A stretch of DNA of 64,000 nucleotides from a virus. Location: the IMG/VR virus record IMGVR_UViG_3300032315_001401, positions 32,001-96,000 of that record; one strand, 5' to 3'. Shown one piece after another: positions 5,450 through 15,111 of this stretch. The notes below the pieces were generated by a model that searched no databases, was not told where the DNA came from, and worked only from the letters and a program-made list of their open reading frames with translations. The position numbers were made by a program, and so were the translations under genes. How positions within the stretch are numbered: position 1 is the stretch's first letter; each line of letters starts with the position of its first letter.

Positions 5450-6091
5450 TTAGGCATCAGCAAGAACCAATTTGTTAGCATAGTTATAAGCATAATCAGT
5501 TCTCGCACCATGATGTCCCCAAGAAATCCATTTGTAGGCATAACTCATATACCTATTAATTGATTTTCCTGGAACTTTCATTTTACTTTCAATACTCTTC
5601 CACTGCGGTTCAGTAACAATATACCGAAGTTGAGTATCAAGTGTTGAAGGATTACCTCCTATTTTTTTGGCAAAATCACCCAATCCATAATAACGAGAAG
5701 CAGAAGTAAATTGAATTAGACCATAACCGCCGTAGCAATTACGATAATTCGTTCTGCTACCACCTTCGCAAATGTTAGGAACAAATGTTGATTCCTGACG
5801 AATATTGCCCATGATGGTAGCAAGGGCGTTTCTGTCTTTAATACCAAGACTCTGGAAATGTGCCAGAGCAGCATTTTCATATTCATTACACCCTTTACAA
5901 ATTAACCTTGACTCTTTAGGTTTTTCGGGAGCAACCTCGCGGATTGCTGTCTTTGATGTAGGCTCCTCTTGAACAATTGCGAAAGGTGGAGGACCATTCA
6001 CAGGTGGAGGAGGAAACACTGAAGGCAGTGATGCCGTTGTGGTTGTAACCGTTGCCAAAAGAGGCAGGGTTACTGTAAAGAAATTTTGCAT
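5450..6091 (-). CDS. secreted/lytic murein hydrolase (phage tail lysozyme-like)
   Basis: Signal-like N-terminus; ALATIMGNIRQES...YGLIQFT. Confidence 0.7.
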   Translation of the reverse strand: MQNFFTVTLPLLATVTTTTASLPSVFPPPPVNGPPPFAIVQEEPTSKTAIREVAPEKPKESRLICKGCNEYENAALAHFQSLGIKDRNALATIMGNIRQESTFVPNICEGGSRTNYRNCYGGYGLIQFTSASRYYGLGDFAKKIGGNPSTLDTQLRYIVTEPQWKSIESKMKVPGKSINRYMSYAYKWISWGHHGARTDYAYNYANKLVLADA

Positions 6092-6100
6092 TTAAATTAA

Positions 6101-6168
6101 TTGAACTCTACATCCGTATAGAAGGGGGGGTACACCTTTTTCTCAAAAGGCACCTTCCACGGCTCTAA
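6101..6168 (-). ncRNA. structured 5-prime leader upstream of the hydrolase gene
   Basis: ccgt/acgg, ggaagg/ccttct, cctttt-GAGA-aaaagg nested stems. Confidence 0.45.
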
Positions 6169-6222
6169 TTGTCACGATCAAAAACTCATAATAATTACCC
6201 TGCTCATAACAGGGATTTCTTC

Positions 6223-6274
6223 ATAATAAGTTAATATTTAGTGTTTGTCAAGTATGACAGTTTGTAAAGTGTCC
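6223..6274 (-). promoter_or_regulatory. sigma70 promoter with adjacent dyad motif
   Basis: TTGACA-17nt-TATTAT (6251-6223), dyad at 6253-6274. Confidence 0.7.
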
Positions 6275-6302
6275 CATAAATACAGAGTTCGCATTATTTC
6301 CA

Positions 6303-6494
6303 ATGCCCAGAGAGTGGAACACTCCAATTAGAGAACCATGGAATCCTGTCATTAAAAAATGCCTTGATGCTGTTGACGAGCACATCAAGACATATATTAA
6401 AACAGGGGATGAATGGCACTTAATGCAAGCAGAAATATTACGGAAGTATGTAAAAGACTTAAAGATTTGGATTCATAATCAAGAAAAAAGTTAA
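6303..6494 (+). CDS. hypothetical protein
   Basis: 63-aa ORF with CATAAATA late-like promoter upstream. Confidence 0.65.
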   Translation: MPREWNTPIREPWNPVIKKCLDAVDEHIKTYIKTGDEWHLMQAEILRKYVKDLKIWIHNQEKS

Positions 6495-6955
6495 GACACC
6501 CAGAGTTTTCCTTCTGCAATTCTTCTTCTTCTCAATCCTGCTTCGACTTTACTACCAGGATTTCGATACATTTCAAGAGTCGCAGGAATTCCTTTCCAAT
6601 CTTTTTCTTTTAACTTTCGGGTAATTGAATTAAAACCCGGAGCATTGTAAAAATCAGCACCAAGATTATAAGCAAAAGAGAGCAATGCCCCCCTTTGATT
6701 ATCATTCATCTCACCCCAATAAGTAATCTTTGATAATTTGGGAAGAAAACGATTCAATACATCGTGCTCCAAAAGACGATCAGCATACTCTTGAGTAATG
6801 ACTCGATCTCTTTTAAATGGAGTATAATTAAAGTCTCTTGTGCTTCCCCATCCAATCGTAATTGGAAGTCCTCCAGTTAAAGGATCTGGATATGCCTTTA
6901 AATGACATCCTTCAAATTCTTTGATTAATTTAATTCCCGGAGTTGGAATATTCAC
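6491..6955 (-). CDS. phage lysozyme (GH24)
   Basis: LIKEFEGCHLKAYPDP...TIGWGST...GL.RRR.AE; GTG start overlapping the upstream TGA. Confidence 0.9.
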   Translation of the reverse strand: MNIPTPGIKLIKEFEGCHLKAYPDPLTGGLPITIGWGSTRDFNYTPFKRDRVITQEYADRLLEHDVLNRFLPKLSKITYWGEMNDNQRGALLSFAYNLGADFYNAPGFNSITRKLKEKDWKGIPATLEMYRNPGSKVEAGLRRRRIAEGKLWVS

Positions 6956-7656
6956 GACTTTGCTGCATCAAATACTCTTCCCCACCCATCATTTCCTGCA
7001 GGACACCAACGTCTGGAAAGATCTGATTTCTTATATACAGCACCTTTGCCATTGGTTACGGGTCCAGTATAACCATCATTCAAACTACCATAAGGGTCAT
7101 TTACAACATAATCACCAGAAGGTGTCTTTCCAATTACTACAACCATGTGCCCGCCAGTAGGTGCAGATAAAGAACCCCTATGAAGAATCCCGATAACAAC
7201 AGGTCTCCCAGCAGCAATCTCCCGATCAAGATCAGCAAAAGACAAATTGTAACTAAATTGTGAAGAAACACCATAAGACGCAAGAACTTTGGTTTGAACT
7301 GCGTGATCTGTTGTATCGCCAACTGCGAATACTTTGCGAACGTATGCATCATCACCCTTTGATCCTACAAGTGTTCCTGGTTTAAAATACTCAAGACACA
7401 TTGCACAGGAAGATGAATTACAGGTGCGATCAGCATCTCTGTAATTATCTGTTTGTGGAAAATAAGGAACTTGAAGAATTCCTGGAGTTTTTGGTGCTTC
7501 TACTTTAGTTCTAAAAATACGCACCCAATTTGCATCATCAACCATTAAGTCTGATGCTTTTGCAAGAAGATCCTTTTCAAATTGCTCTACTGCTGCAATG
7601 TGTTTTGGATTCTTCTCATCAAAATGTTTAAAAAAGTTATGAAGATCAATTTGCAT
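6952..7656 (-). CDS. C39-like peptidase, putative endolysin
   Basis: VPYFPQTDN...CNSSSCAM...GHMVVVIG...VNDPYG. Confidence 0.82.
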   Translation of the reverse strand: MQIDLHNFFKHFDEKNPKHIAAVEQFEKDLLAKASDLMVDDANWVRIFRTKVEAPKTPGILQVPYFPQTDNYRDADRTCNSSSCAMCLEYFKPGTLVGSKGDDAYVRKVFAVGDTTDHAVQTKVLASYGVSSQFSYNLSFADLDREIAAGRPVVIGILHRGSLSAPTGGHMVVVIGKTPSGDYVVNDPYGSLNDGYTGPVTNGKGAVYKKSDLSRRWCPAGNDGWGRVFDAAKS

Positions 7657-7657
7657 T

Positions 7658-7834
7658 TTATTCTCCGATGTATTCTAATGAAAAAATATCATGCTCTGGA
7701 ATATCAGGATTCAACCATTCACTAAACTCAGATTGAATTGCATATGCATCTTCAATATTTTCTTTACTTAGATAATGAATACGATCAATTGCCCAGTCAT
7801 GAGAAGTCCTCAGGGTTTGTTCCAAAGTGACCAT
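7658..7834 (-). CDS. hypothetical protein
   Basis: MVTLEQTLRTSHDWAIDRIH...; start shortened relative to the ORF track. Confidence 0.6.
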   Translation of the reverse strand: MVTLEQTLRTSHDWAIDRIHYLSKENIEDAYAIQSEFSEWLNPDIPEHDIFSLEYIGE

Positions 7835-7912
7835 AGTATTTAGAGTTTGATTCATTTTTTCAAGTCTATCATTTTTGGGTATGAAAGGCAAGTCTAAATA
7901 AGCAAATAAGGT

Positions 7913-8344
7913 ATGCTTATGAATTGGCAATATAATGGTGAGGTCTTTACCGATGTTCCCAAAGGAATGGAGGGATTTGTTTACATAATTACGAATCTTA
8001 CGAATAATAAAAAATATATTGGCAAAAAACATTTCTGGACAAGGCAAAAGGATAGAAAGACTGGACGAAGAAAAACTTTAGAAAGTGATTGGAAAAATTA
8101 CTTTGGTTCTTGTGATGAATTAAATGAAGATGTAAAGACTTTAGGTAAAGAACATTTTCTTCGAGAAATCCTATATCTTTGCCCTCATAAGAAGTCAATG
8201 AGTTATTATGAAACCTATGAACAGTTCAAAAGAAATGTTTTGTTAAGTGAAGACTATTATAATACGAATATTGGTGGCACTTTCTATATGAGTGAGTCTG
8301 AAAGGATTTATGGTGTGGTCCTTAAGAGCTCAAAGTATTATTAA
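7913..8344 (+). CDS. GIY-YIG family nuclease
   Basis: GFVYIITNLTNNKKYIGKK...W..YFGS. Confidence 0.82.
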   Translation: MLMNWQYNGEVFTDVPKGMEGFVYIITNLTNNKKYIGKKHFWTRQKDRKTGRRKTLESDWKNYFGSCDELNEDVKTLGKEHFLREILYLCPHKKSMSYYETYEQFKRNVLLSEDYYNTNIGGTFYMSESERIYGVVLKSSKYY

Positions 8345-8348
8345 ATAT

Positions 8349-8403
8349 AACTTATCTTCAACGGAGACAAACCTAGTCTAGCAATAAAAAAGCACCCTGT
8401 CAA
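8349..8403 (-). promoter_or_regulatory. antisense sigma70 promoter with conserved 32-bp element (copy 1)
   Basis: TTGACA-17nt-TAGACT-aggtttgtctccgttgaagataagtt; 31/32 match to 43210-43241. Confidence 0.65.
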
Positions 8404-8432
8404 GAGGGTGCTTTGAATTATGTTAGGATTTA

Positions 8433-9740
8433 TCAATCCTTCTTTGGCATTCTAGCGCCAGTTTTGTGTCTTTCAACACCTGCAGAATCCCTATAGGTTT
8501 CACTTTCTCTTCTTGGTGTTACATAACCAACTCCGGGAACTGCACCAGTTTGTCCAGCATCTCTAGCAGCATTTCTTGCTGCTGCTCTTTGTGCTGCTCT
8601 CCTACGATTTTTATCGTAGTTTGCACCTTCATTGATAACTTCTTCGACAATATCACGGATGACTTCTGCATCCATTTCCATCATTACATAAAGTGCTTCA
8701 TCTACGGTCTCTACGTGCCCGTTGTCGATGAGATACTCAAGAACTAAATCAAAAGCATCATACTCATAAGACTGGTTTAGCATCTTCTCTCTAGCGGTCT
8801 GTCTGGGTGCTACAGGGGTTGGTTTAGGGGTTGCAGCAAGGGCAGCGGTCTGCTTAACTTCAGGTGCTTTAAATGCTTTTGCACCAGCTTCCTGACCCGC
8901 TGATTGAATTTTAGCAGTGGTGCCAGCAGCCTTTGCCGCCTGAAGTGCTTTTTCTGGAGAAGCACCAGAAGCTCTTGCTGCTTGTGCTGCTTTTAATTCT
9001 GCAGAAGTTGGGGTTCTTCTTTCAAATGAAGTATTTCCTAATTTTCCAATTGCCGGTGCTGGAGGTTTTGGAGATGCTGTAGGTTGAGATGGTCTTAATT
9101 TATTAAGATCGGCAGTTCCACCACCGCCGGTGCCACTACCACCACCGCCAGTGCCACTACCACCACCGCCAGTGCCGCCGGTGGATCCAAGACGGGATTT
9201 TCTTGCTGCGAGAGCATCGTTATAATTTGCGTATGTTTTTCCATCAGATGATGAATAATATTTCCCTTTTGATTTTGCAAAATCTTGTTTTGCTTTCAAA
9301 GAAGGTTGATTACCTGCTGTATTATCAGGTTTTGAATTATCAGGTTTTGAATTATCAGGTTTTGGACCTTTTAGGGCAAGTTGTCCCCTTTTAATTACTT
9401 CATCTCTAGATAGATTTTCTCTTCTACCTCTTGCAGCATTTAAAGCTGCTTCTCCACCGCCAGCTTTGAATTCTTTTTGTGATTGATTAAGTTGTTTTTG
9501 TCTTGCTTCTTGTTCTGCCTTTGCCCTTAAAGCTCTTACATCTCCTACTACTTCCTCAATATAATTCTCATACATCTCTTCCCAAGTATAATCACTCAAG
9601 TCATAACCTTCTTCTAAAAGTGAGTTAACCCAGTTTTCAACTTCTTCCCAAATTTGCTCTTCAGTGAGTTCTTGTGGGGCATAAACTGATGCATACGCTT
9701 CCATCAAGTTTTTTGCATCACTTCCAGTAAGTCTAGACAT
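8433..9740 (-). CDS. modular low-complexity late protein (EGYA-module family)
   Basis: NLMEAYASVY N-module; FDLVLEYLIDNGH module; Gly/Ala/Pro-rich repeats; TATAAATA at 9765-9772. Confidence 0.8.
   Translation of the reverse strand: MSRLTGSDAKNLMEAYASVYAPQELTEEQIWEEVENWVNSLLEEGYDLSDYTWEEMYENYIEEVVGDVRALRAKAEQEARQKQLNQSQKEFKAGGGEAALNAARGRRENLSRDEVIKRGQLALKGPKPDNSKPDNSKPDNTAGNQPSLKAKQDFAKSKGKYYSSSDGKTYANYNDALAARKSRLGSTGGTGGGGSGTGGGGSGTGGGGTADLNKLRPSQPTASPKPPAPAIGKLGNTSFERRTPTSAELKAAQAARASGASPEKALQAAKAAGTTAKIQSAGQEAGAKAFKAPEVKQTAALAATPKPTPVAPRQTAREKMLNQSYEYDAFDLVLEYLIDNGHVETVDEALYVMMEMDAEVIRDIVEEVINEGANYDKNRRRAAQRAAARNAARDAGQTGAVPGVGYVTPRRESETYRDSAGVERHKTGARMPKKD
9117..9180. repeat. 21-bp tandem repeat encoding GTGGGGS
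   Basis: ccaccaccgccagtgccacta units. Confidence 0.75.
9320..9366. repeat. 15-bp tandem repeat encoding KPDNS x3
   Basis: attatcaggttttga units. Confidence 0.8.
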
Positions 9741-9785
9741 TTTTTACTTTTAATTCTTTAATTTTATTTATAAAAAAAGAGGGTC

Positions 9786-9929
9786 TTAACGACCCTCAAC
9801 ATTATCTTCTAACCAAACATAAGAATAATCAAAGTCTCCAAATAAAAACTTATCTGATTCTGCTGCTTCCTTATAAGAGTTTTTCATTTCTTCAATATCC
9901 CACTCTATGTTGGGACTTTCAGTATTCAT
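9786..9929 (-). CDS. small acidic hypothetical protein (47 aa)
   Basis: MNTESPNIEWDIEEMK...; ATGA overlap with the nrdB stop. Confidence 0.55.
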   Translation of the reverse strand: MNTESPNIEWDIEEMKNSYKEAAESDKFLFGDFDYSYVWLEDNVEGR

Positions 9930-11107
9930 AGTTTAAATCCGGCAAAAGTATCATTCTTCATATCTTGCTTAATGCCGCCAATCAAATATTGCTCAATTTC
10001 TACTTCTTGAGGAGCATTTTGAAGACTTCTGGAATTTAACCAATGGTCAGTCCAAGGAAGTGGATTATTCTTTGCAGAAACATCATAAAGTGGGCGAAGT
10101 CCAATTGCTTTCATTCTGCGATTAGCAACCCACTCAACATATTGCTGAAGAAGTTTATCATTTAAACCAATCATTGATCCGTTTTTAAACAGATATTCTG
10201 CCCAAAGTTTTTCTTGATTGACTGCCTTCTCAAAGGTCTTGTAAACCCACTGTTCCTCTTCTTGTGAGATTTTCTTCATATCAGGGTCATCACCCTCTTT
10301 CCACTTGTTTAGAATGTTTTGGGTGATGACCAAATGCTGACTTTCATCACGAGCAATCAATGAGATGATCTTTGCACTTCCTTCCATAAGCTTGAGTTCG
10401 CCAAATGCAAAACTGCAAGCGAAACTGACATAAAAGCGAATACCTTCAAGAATATTAACGTTTGCAACTGCTCTGAACAATTTTCTTTTAAGTTCATATC
10501 TTGTATCTTGTGCGGTGGGAACTTGTTCTAACGCATGAATCCAATCATTAGATGTTCCATAATGTTGAGCACCATTAATAAAATCATTGTATGATTCAGT
10601 AACACTAACAGCACGTTCCATAATACGATCATCATTTAGAATCGTATCGAAAACTTCAGAGGGATCCGAATACACATTTTTTATAATGTATGTATAAGAT
10701 CTGGAATGAATCATTTCCATGAATTCCCAGACTTTCATACACGCTTCCAATTCGGGAAGAGAACAATATGGAGCAAATGCCATACCAGGACCACGACCTT
10801 GAACTGAATCAAGCATAATCTGATATTTCAAGTTACTAGTAAAAATATGTTTCTGCTCAGGACGAAGAGTTTGATAGTCTCCTCTGTCCTTTTGTAACGA
10901 AATTTCTTCAGGTCTCCAAAAGTAACTTAATTGTTGTTGAGTTAATTTATCAAAAACTGGATACTTGTATTGGTCATAACGCTGTAGACCTAATGGTTGT
11001 CCAAAAAACATTGGTTGCTTTTTAGTATCTACCTCTTGAGAATTGAAAACGGTCATTGATTCGACCATGTTTTTTTCCTCTGAATTTTTTTTGAAATTAA
11101 AAACCAT
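9926..11107 (-). CDS. nrdB: ribonucleotide reductase class Ia beta subunit
   Basis: FWRPEEI, EMIHSRSY, LEGIRFYVSF, ARDESQH, PQEVE motifs. Confidence 0.97.
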   Translation of the reverse strand: MVFNFKKNSEEKNMVESMTVFNSQEVDTKKQPMFFGQPLGLQRYDQYKYPVFDKLTQQQLSYFWRPEEISLQKDRGDYQTLRPEQKHIFTSNLKYQIMLDSVQGRGPGMAFAPYCSLPELEACMKVWEFMEMIHSRSYTYIIKNVYSDPSEVFDTILNDDRIMERAVSVTESYNDFINGAQHYGTSNDWIHALEQVPTAQDTRYELKRKLFRAVANVNILEGIRFYVSFACSFAFGELKLMEGSAKIISLIARDESQHLVITQNILNKWKEGDDPDMKKISQEEEQWVYKTFEKAVNQEKLWAEYLFKNGSMIGLNDKLLQQYVEWVANRRMKAIGLRPLYDVSAKNNPLPWTDHWLNSRSLQNAPQEVEIEQYLIGGIKQDMKNDTFAGFKL

Positions 11108-11156
11108 ACTTCCCTCAATAAATTAACTTTAACTCACACTGTAATATTTAACTGAA

Positions 11157-13457
11157 TCAGATTTTGCAACTTTCACAATCTTCTTCACTACTTCCCATAA
11201 TATCATCAAGAAGAGATTGCAGTTCTTGTTTTGGTTCTTCAACTACTTCATCGGTCTTAATGTCGTAGGTATTCTGATAATATGAAGTCTTCCAACCGTA
11301 ACGGTAAGTAGTCAACAGGTCATTCGCCATTACGCTAACAGGGACTTCATTATCTGGATAATTCTGCGGGTTATAGGACCAGTTTCCACTAATCGCTTGA
11401 TCGAAGAATTTTTGCATAACAGCAACAATATTGATGTAACCACTATTGCTAGGCATATCCCACAGAAGCGTATAATTGTTCTTAAGTGTTTGATACTGGG
11501 GAACAATTTGCTTAAGTGGACCCTTCTTCGATTTCTTAACGGACAGGTATCCTCTAGGTGGTTCGATTCCATTGGTTGCATTTGACACAACGGAACTGCT
11601 CTCCGATGGCATCTGTGCGGACAATGTTGAGTTCCGTACCCCATACTTCTTGACACGCTGCCGTAATGTCTCCCAATCATATTTAAGTTCGTTAGGTACA
11701 ATCTCATCTACATCTTTCTTGTAAGTATCTATAGGAAGAATTCCTTGAGCATATTTTGTTCGGTGAGAATATTCACAAGGTCCTTTTTCTCTAGCAAGTC
11801 TTACAGTTGCCCGAATCAGATAATACTGGAATGCTTCGGTAAGATCATGAACCAGTTTCCAAGCGCCAGGATTGCCGTAATGCTCCCCGTGCTTGGCGAG
11901 ATAATGTGCTAGACCAATGTAACCCACCCCAAGAGAACGACGTGCTCTGGTGGCGATTTCCGCTGCTTTGACGGGATATCCCTGAAAATCGATAAGTTCG
12001 TCAAGACTCCTAACGGTAAGGTCACAGAGACTCTCCAATTCATCATTTGACTTCAATTTACCAACATTAATTGCAGAAAGAATGCAAAGGGCAATTTCAC
12101 CATCGGGATCGTCAATATGCTGAATGGGTTTGGTTGGTAGAGTAATTTCCTGGCAGAGATTACTCATCTCAATCTTATCGATAAAGGAAGAGTGGGAGTT
12201 GCAATGGTCGATATTCATAATGTAGATACGACCAGTTTCGGCACGTTCTTTCAGGAGGTCCAAAAAGAGTTCTTGAGCGCCGATAGTTTTTCTTGGAATA
12301 GACTCATCTCGTTCATAACGAAGATATAACTCGTCAAATCCATCAGTGCCAAAAGCATCATACAGACCAGGAACAAGATGTGGAGAGAAGAGTGTGATCT
12401 CTTCGTTATGGATGAATCGTTCATAGAAGAGTTTGGAGATTTGAATAGAGTAGTCTAGTTTACGAACACGATTATCTTCTGTTCCTTTATTATTTTTTAG
12501 TACTAGGATATCCTCTATTTCTTGATGCCAGATTGGAAAGTGTACAGTAGCACTTCCACCACGAATCCCGTTTTGTGTACAACTTCGGACAGTTGCCTCA
12601 AATTTTTTGAGGAATGGGACAACGCCCGTATGCATAACTTCTCCGCCTCTGATTTTAGCGTTGATGCCCCTGATGCGACCTGCGTTGATACCAATTCCTG
12701 CTCTTTGAGCAACATACCTAAAAATTGCAGCATCACTAGACTCGATACTGCGCATGGTGTCATCAACATCAACAAGAACGCAACTTGCATATTGACGAAG
12801 TGGGGTTCTAACACCTGCCATGATTGGCGTGGGAATGTTGATTTTGTGCTTTGAGATTGCGTCATAATACTTCCTAACGTAATCTAGACGGGTTTCTTTA
12901 GGATACTTTGAAAAGATAGTCGCCGCAATCAAAAGATACATGAATTGTGGCGTTTCATAAAGATTGCCAGTGCTTCTATCTTGCACAAGATACTTATCCA
13001 CAACCTGACGAAGACCGGCATAAGTAAACAGATAATCGCGTCCATGATCTATAAAACTCTCAAGTTTTTCAAATTCTTCTTCAGAATAAAGATCTAGAAT
13101 TTCAGCGTCATAGACTCCTTTCTCAACACACCTCTTCGTATGCTCCAATACAGTTGAGTTGTCATACATTCTTCCAAAAATTTGTTTGCGAATCGCAAAT
13201 AAAAGAAGACGAGCAGCAACAAACTGATAATTGGGATGCTCAAGGTCAATCAAATCAGAAGCAGAACGAATCAGAATCTCTTGAATCTCTGCAGTAGTAA
13301 TTCCATTATAAAATTGAATTCCAGACTGCATTTCAACCTGCGAAGCAGAAACTCCAGCAAGATCTTTACACGCCTCTTCAACCATTACATGAAGTTTGTT
13401 CAGATTGAGAGATTCTGTATCACCACTTCTTTTAACAACTTTTGTTCCGTTACTCAT
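11157..13457 (-). CDS. nrdA: ribonucleotide reductase class Ia alpha subunit
   Basis: ATP cone; PTPIMAG; ASCVL; SNLCQEI; QMPSESSS; C-terminal CESCKI. Confidence 0.97.
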   Translation of the reverse strand: MSNGTKVVKRSGDTESLNLNKLHVMVEEACKDLAGVSASQVEMQSGIQFYNGITTAEIQEILIRSASDLIDLEHPNYQFVAARLLLFAIRKQIFGRMYDNSTVLEHTKRCVEKGVYDAEILDLYSEEEFEKLESFIDHGRDYLFTYAGLRQVVDKYLVQDRSTGNLYETPQFMYLLIAATIFSKYPKETRLDYVRKYYDAISKHKINIPTPIMAGVRTPLRQYASCVLVDVDDTMRSIESSDAAIFRYVAQRAGIGINAGRIRGINAKIRGGEVMHTGVVPFLKKFEATVRSCTQNGIRGGSATVHFPIWHQEIEDILVLKNNKGTEDNRVRKLDYSIQISKLFYERFIHNEEITLFSPHLVPGLYDAFGTDGFDELYLRYERDESIPRKTIGAQELFLDLLKERAETGRIYIMNIDHCNSHSSFIDKIEMSNLCQEITLPTKPIQHIDDPDGEIALCILSAINVGKLKSNDELESLCDLTVRSLDELIDFQGYPVKAAEIATRARRSLGVGYIGLAHYLAKHGEHYGNPGAWKLVHDLTEAFQYYLIRATVRLAREKGPCEYSHRTKYAQGILPIDTYKKDVDEIVPNELKYDWETLRQRVKKYGVRNSTLSAQMPSESSSVVSNATNGIEPPRGYLSVKKSKKGPLKQIVPQYQTLKNNYTLLWDMPSNSGYINIVAVMQKFFDQAISGNWSYNPQNYPDNEVPVSVMANDLLTTYRYGWKTSYYQNTYDIKTDEVVEEPKQELQSLLDDIMGSSEEDCESCKI

Positions 13458-14425
13458 ACCTTTTTCCAATTGTTGAATTTAATTTTTGCTTCTAAGCCTG
13501 CATATGTATTTGATTTTAACATATCCATAACATTATGTCCAGCAAGGATCATGTCGTTTATATCCTTCTCTAAAATAGTTGTTGGCCAGATGACGACTGT
13601 TTCACCTCTTCGGATACACTTTTCAATACGACTAACAATTTCTCTATTACGGGGTTCATTATCATAAACAAAAATGAGATCATTTCCCTCAAGACAACTA
13701 ACATCACCATCACTGCCACACAGAGCGACACTATTGTCGATGAAAGTGCTGTCAAAGGGTCCTTCGACCACATAGATTGGTAATTTCTCATTGACTGTGT
13801 TAAGTCCATAAATTTTTGGTGCTCCCTCATTAAGCATCACGGTAATGTATTTAACAGAATTAGGAACTAAAGATCTTCCCTGAAATCCTATCAAGTTAGA
13901 GTCTTTATCATACATTGGTATAATAATGCGACTCTCATCCCTAGTGATAGTGTCAAAAGTTTGTTTTTGTGTATTTACCCACTCTTTAAATTTATCAGCG
14001 AAATAAAACTTTTCTGGATTTACCTTCCGTCTTTCCAGATATTCTTTAGCAATTGGAATTTCTGATGCTTTAGGTAAATCAAGTTTCTTTTTAAAGACCG
14101 GTTTAACAAAATCAAACTTGGGTTCTTCAACCACAAAGTTCTTTCCGGTATGACCCTCCTTAAACTTCTCCATTATATACTGTTTATGGAGGGATGGGTC
14201 TAATTCTTTAAGAAAATTATTGAAGGACAAACTTGCCCCACAGTTGTGGCACTTAAAGTTTGTATTATTTTTTACTGTGTAAATGTATCCCCTTGTCTTG
14301 TTTTTATTCTTTTGAGAGTCGCCACACAGAGGACACCGGAAATTGTAGAGATCTGCCTTAACTCTTTTAAATTTCTGTAAGCGCGACGAAACTAGTCCAA
14401 TATACTTGGAGTCAATCAAATCCAT
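13454..14425 (-). CDS. gp61: DNA primase
   Basis: CPLCGD...CHNC zinc ribbon; VVEGPFDS TOPRIM; YDNEPRN. Confidence 0.95.
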   Translation of the reverse strand: MDLIDSKYIGLVSSRLQKFKRVKADLYNFRCPLCGDSQKNKNKTRGYIYTVKNNTNFKCHNCGASLSFNNFLKELDPSLHKQYIMEKFKEGHTGKNFVVEEPKFDFVKPVFKKKLDLPKASEIPIAKEYLERRKVNPEKFYFADKFKEWVNTQKQTFDTITRDESRIIIPMYDKDSNLIGFQGRSLVPNSVKYITVMLNEGAPKIYGLNTVNEKLPIYVVEGPFDSTFIDNSVALCGSDGDVSCLEGNDLIFVYDNEPRNREIVSRIEKCIRRGETVVIWPTTILEKDINDMILAGHNVMDMLKSNTYAGLEAKIKFNNWKKV

Positions 14426-14438
14426 TATAAAGAGGTTA

Positions 14439-14858
14439 CTACTTCGTGCTCTCTATCCTAACAGGTTGTGAGTCTGGTGTCAATATATCTACAACCATAT
14501 GGGATTGTGAAACTGCAAAAGAAACTACAACGGCAATTCCAACAATAATCCAACGAAACTTTGCAATATCTTCAACTTTCATTTCCAACGCTTTAATTCT
14601 ATCCGTTACGCCCTTATGTTGATCTCTATTTTCGTCCTTTAATTCTCCAATCATTCTAGAAATCATCTCATCCGTTTTAACAGACTGCTCAATTTTTTCA
14701 TCATGGACTGCCAGCATCTTACTGATGTTTTGACTGGTCTTGCCCATAATTTGAATTGCTTCATCAATCTTTTTTAACAAAAGTTCGTATGATGAAAGAC
14801 GCTCTTCTAAAACTGCGATCTTGGTGTCTGGTGATGGTGTGGTATTTTGGTTAAACAT
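14439..14858 (-). CDS. coiled-coil protein with C-terminal TM (XhlA/holin-like)
   Basis: Heptad pattern followed by WIIVGIAVVVSFAV. Confidence 0.7.
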   Translation of the reverse strand: MFNQNTTPSPDTKIAVLEERLSSYELLLKKIDEAIQIMGKTSQNISKMLAVHDEKIEQSVKTDEMISRMIGELKDENRDQHKGVTDRIKALEMKVEDIAKFRWIIVGIAVVVSFAVSQSHMVVDILTPDSQPVRIESTK

Positions 14859-14901
14859 TTTTCTTTCCGGTAAGATTTGCTCATAACAAACCCATTACTA
14901 T

Positions 14902-15111
14902 TTATTCACCCTTCAAATACTGCAACCACCACTTACGCGATCTCCTTCCACCCTTCGCATATGTCTTTTTTTTCTTTGAAGGAAATACTGGAGGAGTGCC
15001 AGTGTTGATATTATATCCAAGAGATTTTTCACCATCACCAACCACGTTTGCAATCTCACCTTCTTCTTTAAGATTATGAATAATTTGGATTAGTCTATCT
15101 AGTTTATTCAT
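14902..15111 (-). CDS. hypothetical protein
   Basis: MNKLDRLIQII...SRKWWLQYLK. Confidence 0.65.
   Translation of the reverse strand: MNKLDRLIQIIHNLKEEGEIANVVGDGEKSLGYNINTGTPPVFPSKKKKTYAKGGRRSRKWWLQYLKGE

Noticed and set aside
9926-13457. Introns or inteins in nrdA/nrdB (also checked gp43, gp41, uvsX, uvsW)
   Set aside because: All are continuous and of normal length, with no Hint motifs or intron-sized gaps.
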